Part shown: positions 37,996 through 38,453 of the stretch, in pieces | How positions within the stretch are numbered: the first letter of the stretch is position 1 | Layout of the letters: every line of letters starts with the position of its first letter | Assembly: GCA_004377135.1 (NCBI GenBank) | Contig: SOHS01000110.1 | Location: 1 to 38,453, forward strand | Direction of reading: 5' to 3' | Length of the DNA: 38,453 nucleotides | DNA from: Dehalococcoidia bacterium | GTDB taxonomy: Bacteria > Chloroflexota > Dehalococcoidia > GIF9 > AB-539-J10 | Position numbers and translations under genes: made by a program | Notes under the pieces: generated by a model | What the model was told of the DNA's origin: nothing | What the model saw: only the letters and a program-made list of their open reading frames with translations | Database searches by the model: none

Positions 37996-38016
37996 TCAAA
38001 ATTTGAGCATCATAAT
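37988..38016 (+). promoter_or_regulatory. promoter of the ArsR-family gene (TTGACA-N17-CATAAT)
   Basis: Plus strand reads TTGACA AATCAAAATTTGAGCAT CATAAT, 35 nt upstream of the ATG. Confidence 0.5.
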
Positions 38017-38018
38017 GT

Positions 38019-38038
38019 ATATGCAATAATGCGCATAT
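38019..38038 (+). promoter_or_regulatory. dyad ATATGC-N8-GCATAT just downstream of the -10 (candidate ArsR autoregulatory operator)
   Basis: Sequence ATATGCAATAATGCGCATAT. A related TATATGCG recurs after the stop codon (about 38440). Confidence 0.35.
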
Positions 38039-38051
38039 AAGGAGTTCTTCT

Positions 38052-38426
38052 ATGAGGGAGACTATTAAAGCCTTCAAAGCTCTTTCTGATGAGACCAGGT
38101 TAAGAATACTCAATATCTTACTAGAGAGGGAGTGTTGCGTCTGTGAAGTAATGCAGGCATTGGACATCTCGCAGACTAGAGCGTCACGTAATTTGGCTGC
38201 GCTTTACGAGGCCGGTTTCCTTAAACTGCGAAGGGATGGACTTTGGTCACTCTATTCCATCAATAGGGATGACATGAATGAATACTTAGCCGATTTGGTA
38301 CAGGCAGTAACTAAGGCACTGGAAGGGAACAAGGCGCTTGAGCAGGATCGAGAGCGTTTGAGGAAAGCTGTGCGGGTGGGCCCCGGTTGTGCTGAAAAGA
38401 TGCGTGGAAAAAAGACCATCGCATGA
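38052..38426 (+). CDS. ArsR/SmtB-family metalloregulatory transcriptional repressor
   Basis: 124 aa with a winged-helix core LSDETRLRILNIL...CCVCEVMQALDISQTRASRNLAALYEAGFL. The CVC-type metal(loid) site is in helix 3. GGAG Shine-Dalgarno is present. Confidence 0.85.
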   Translation: MRETIKAFKALSDETRLRILNILLERECCVCEVMQALDISQTRASRNLAALYEAGFLKLRRDGLWSLYSINRDDMNEYLADLVQAVTKALEGNKALEQDRERLRKAVRVGPGCAEKMRGKKTIA

Positions 38427-38453
38427 TTTTTTTTGCGTATTTATATGCGTTGA

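Noticed and set aside
37865-38167. 100-aa minus-strand ORF overlapping the arsR start.
   Set aside because: It is antisense to a well-supported ArsR-family gene and its promoter, with a His/Cys/Leu-rich nonsense composition. The neighbouring RCC1-like remnant is in a different frame.

Overview
The window is mostly housekeeping genes, nearly all on the minus strand.

Gene content, reading the minus strand from 21.4 kb down to 2.1 kb:
- One uninterrupted ribosomal superoperon: str (rpsL-rpsG-fusA), S10, spc and alpha blocks, followed by truA-rplM-rpsI.
- rpmJ is present but is too short for the ORF track.
- There is no tuf between fusA and rpsJ, and no rpmD between rpsE and rplO.
- The left flank (0.1-2.0 kb) holds tRNA-Gln, a Cys-rich DUF3795-like gene, tRNA-Glu and an alpha/beta hydrolase.

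To the right of the ribosomal block:
- A U32-family Fe-S-type protein (21.8-22.9 kb), preceded by a tandemly duplicated near-consensus promoter module.
- A type II fatty-acid/phospholipid operon (23.3-28.3 kb): two hotdog genes, plsX, acpP, fabL-like, fabF, fabG.
- tRNA(CAU) plus a decayed tRNA-Gly pseudogene (28.5-28.7 kb).
- A plus-strand mannosylglycerate compatible-solute operon (29.25-34.2 kb): mpgS, GDP-mannose pyrophosphorylase, an AsnB-like amidotransferase, mpgP.
- A convergent four-subunit 2-oxoacid:ferredoxin oxidoreductase (34.3-37.1 kb).
- A 46-nt tRNA-Gly 3' fragment with a terminator (37.5 kb), a truncated RCC1-repeat-like gene remnant, and an ArsR-family regulator (38.05-38.43 kb).

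No CRISPR array, IS element, integrase or recognisable defence system was seen.

Most interesting observations:
1. An AsnB-like amidotransferase embedded in the mannosylglycerate operon. It is a candidate mannosylglyceramide synthase.
2. An unannotated 31-codon bS22-like ORF, translationally coupled between rplW and rplB.
3. Two tRNA-Gly-derived sequences in direct orientation bracketing the 8.9-kb mannosylglycerate/oxidoreductase segment.
4. A duplicated promoter module and an upstream ORF ahead of the U32 gene.
5. A HadAB-like split dehydratase heading the fab operon.
6. Palindromic GTCRCCCTGAGC elements that supply the C-termini of L13 and Adk.

The gene content suggests an anaerobic Chloroflexota (Dehalococcoidia-like) chromosome. 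This is inference only. All homology statements come from reading the translations and from remembered family motifs; no database search was run.
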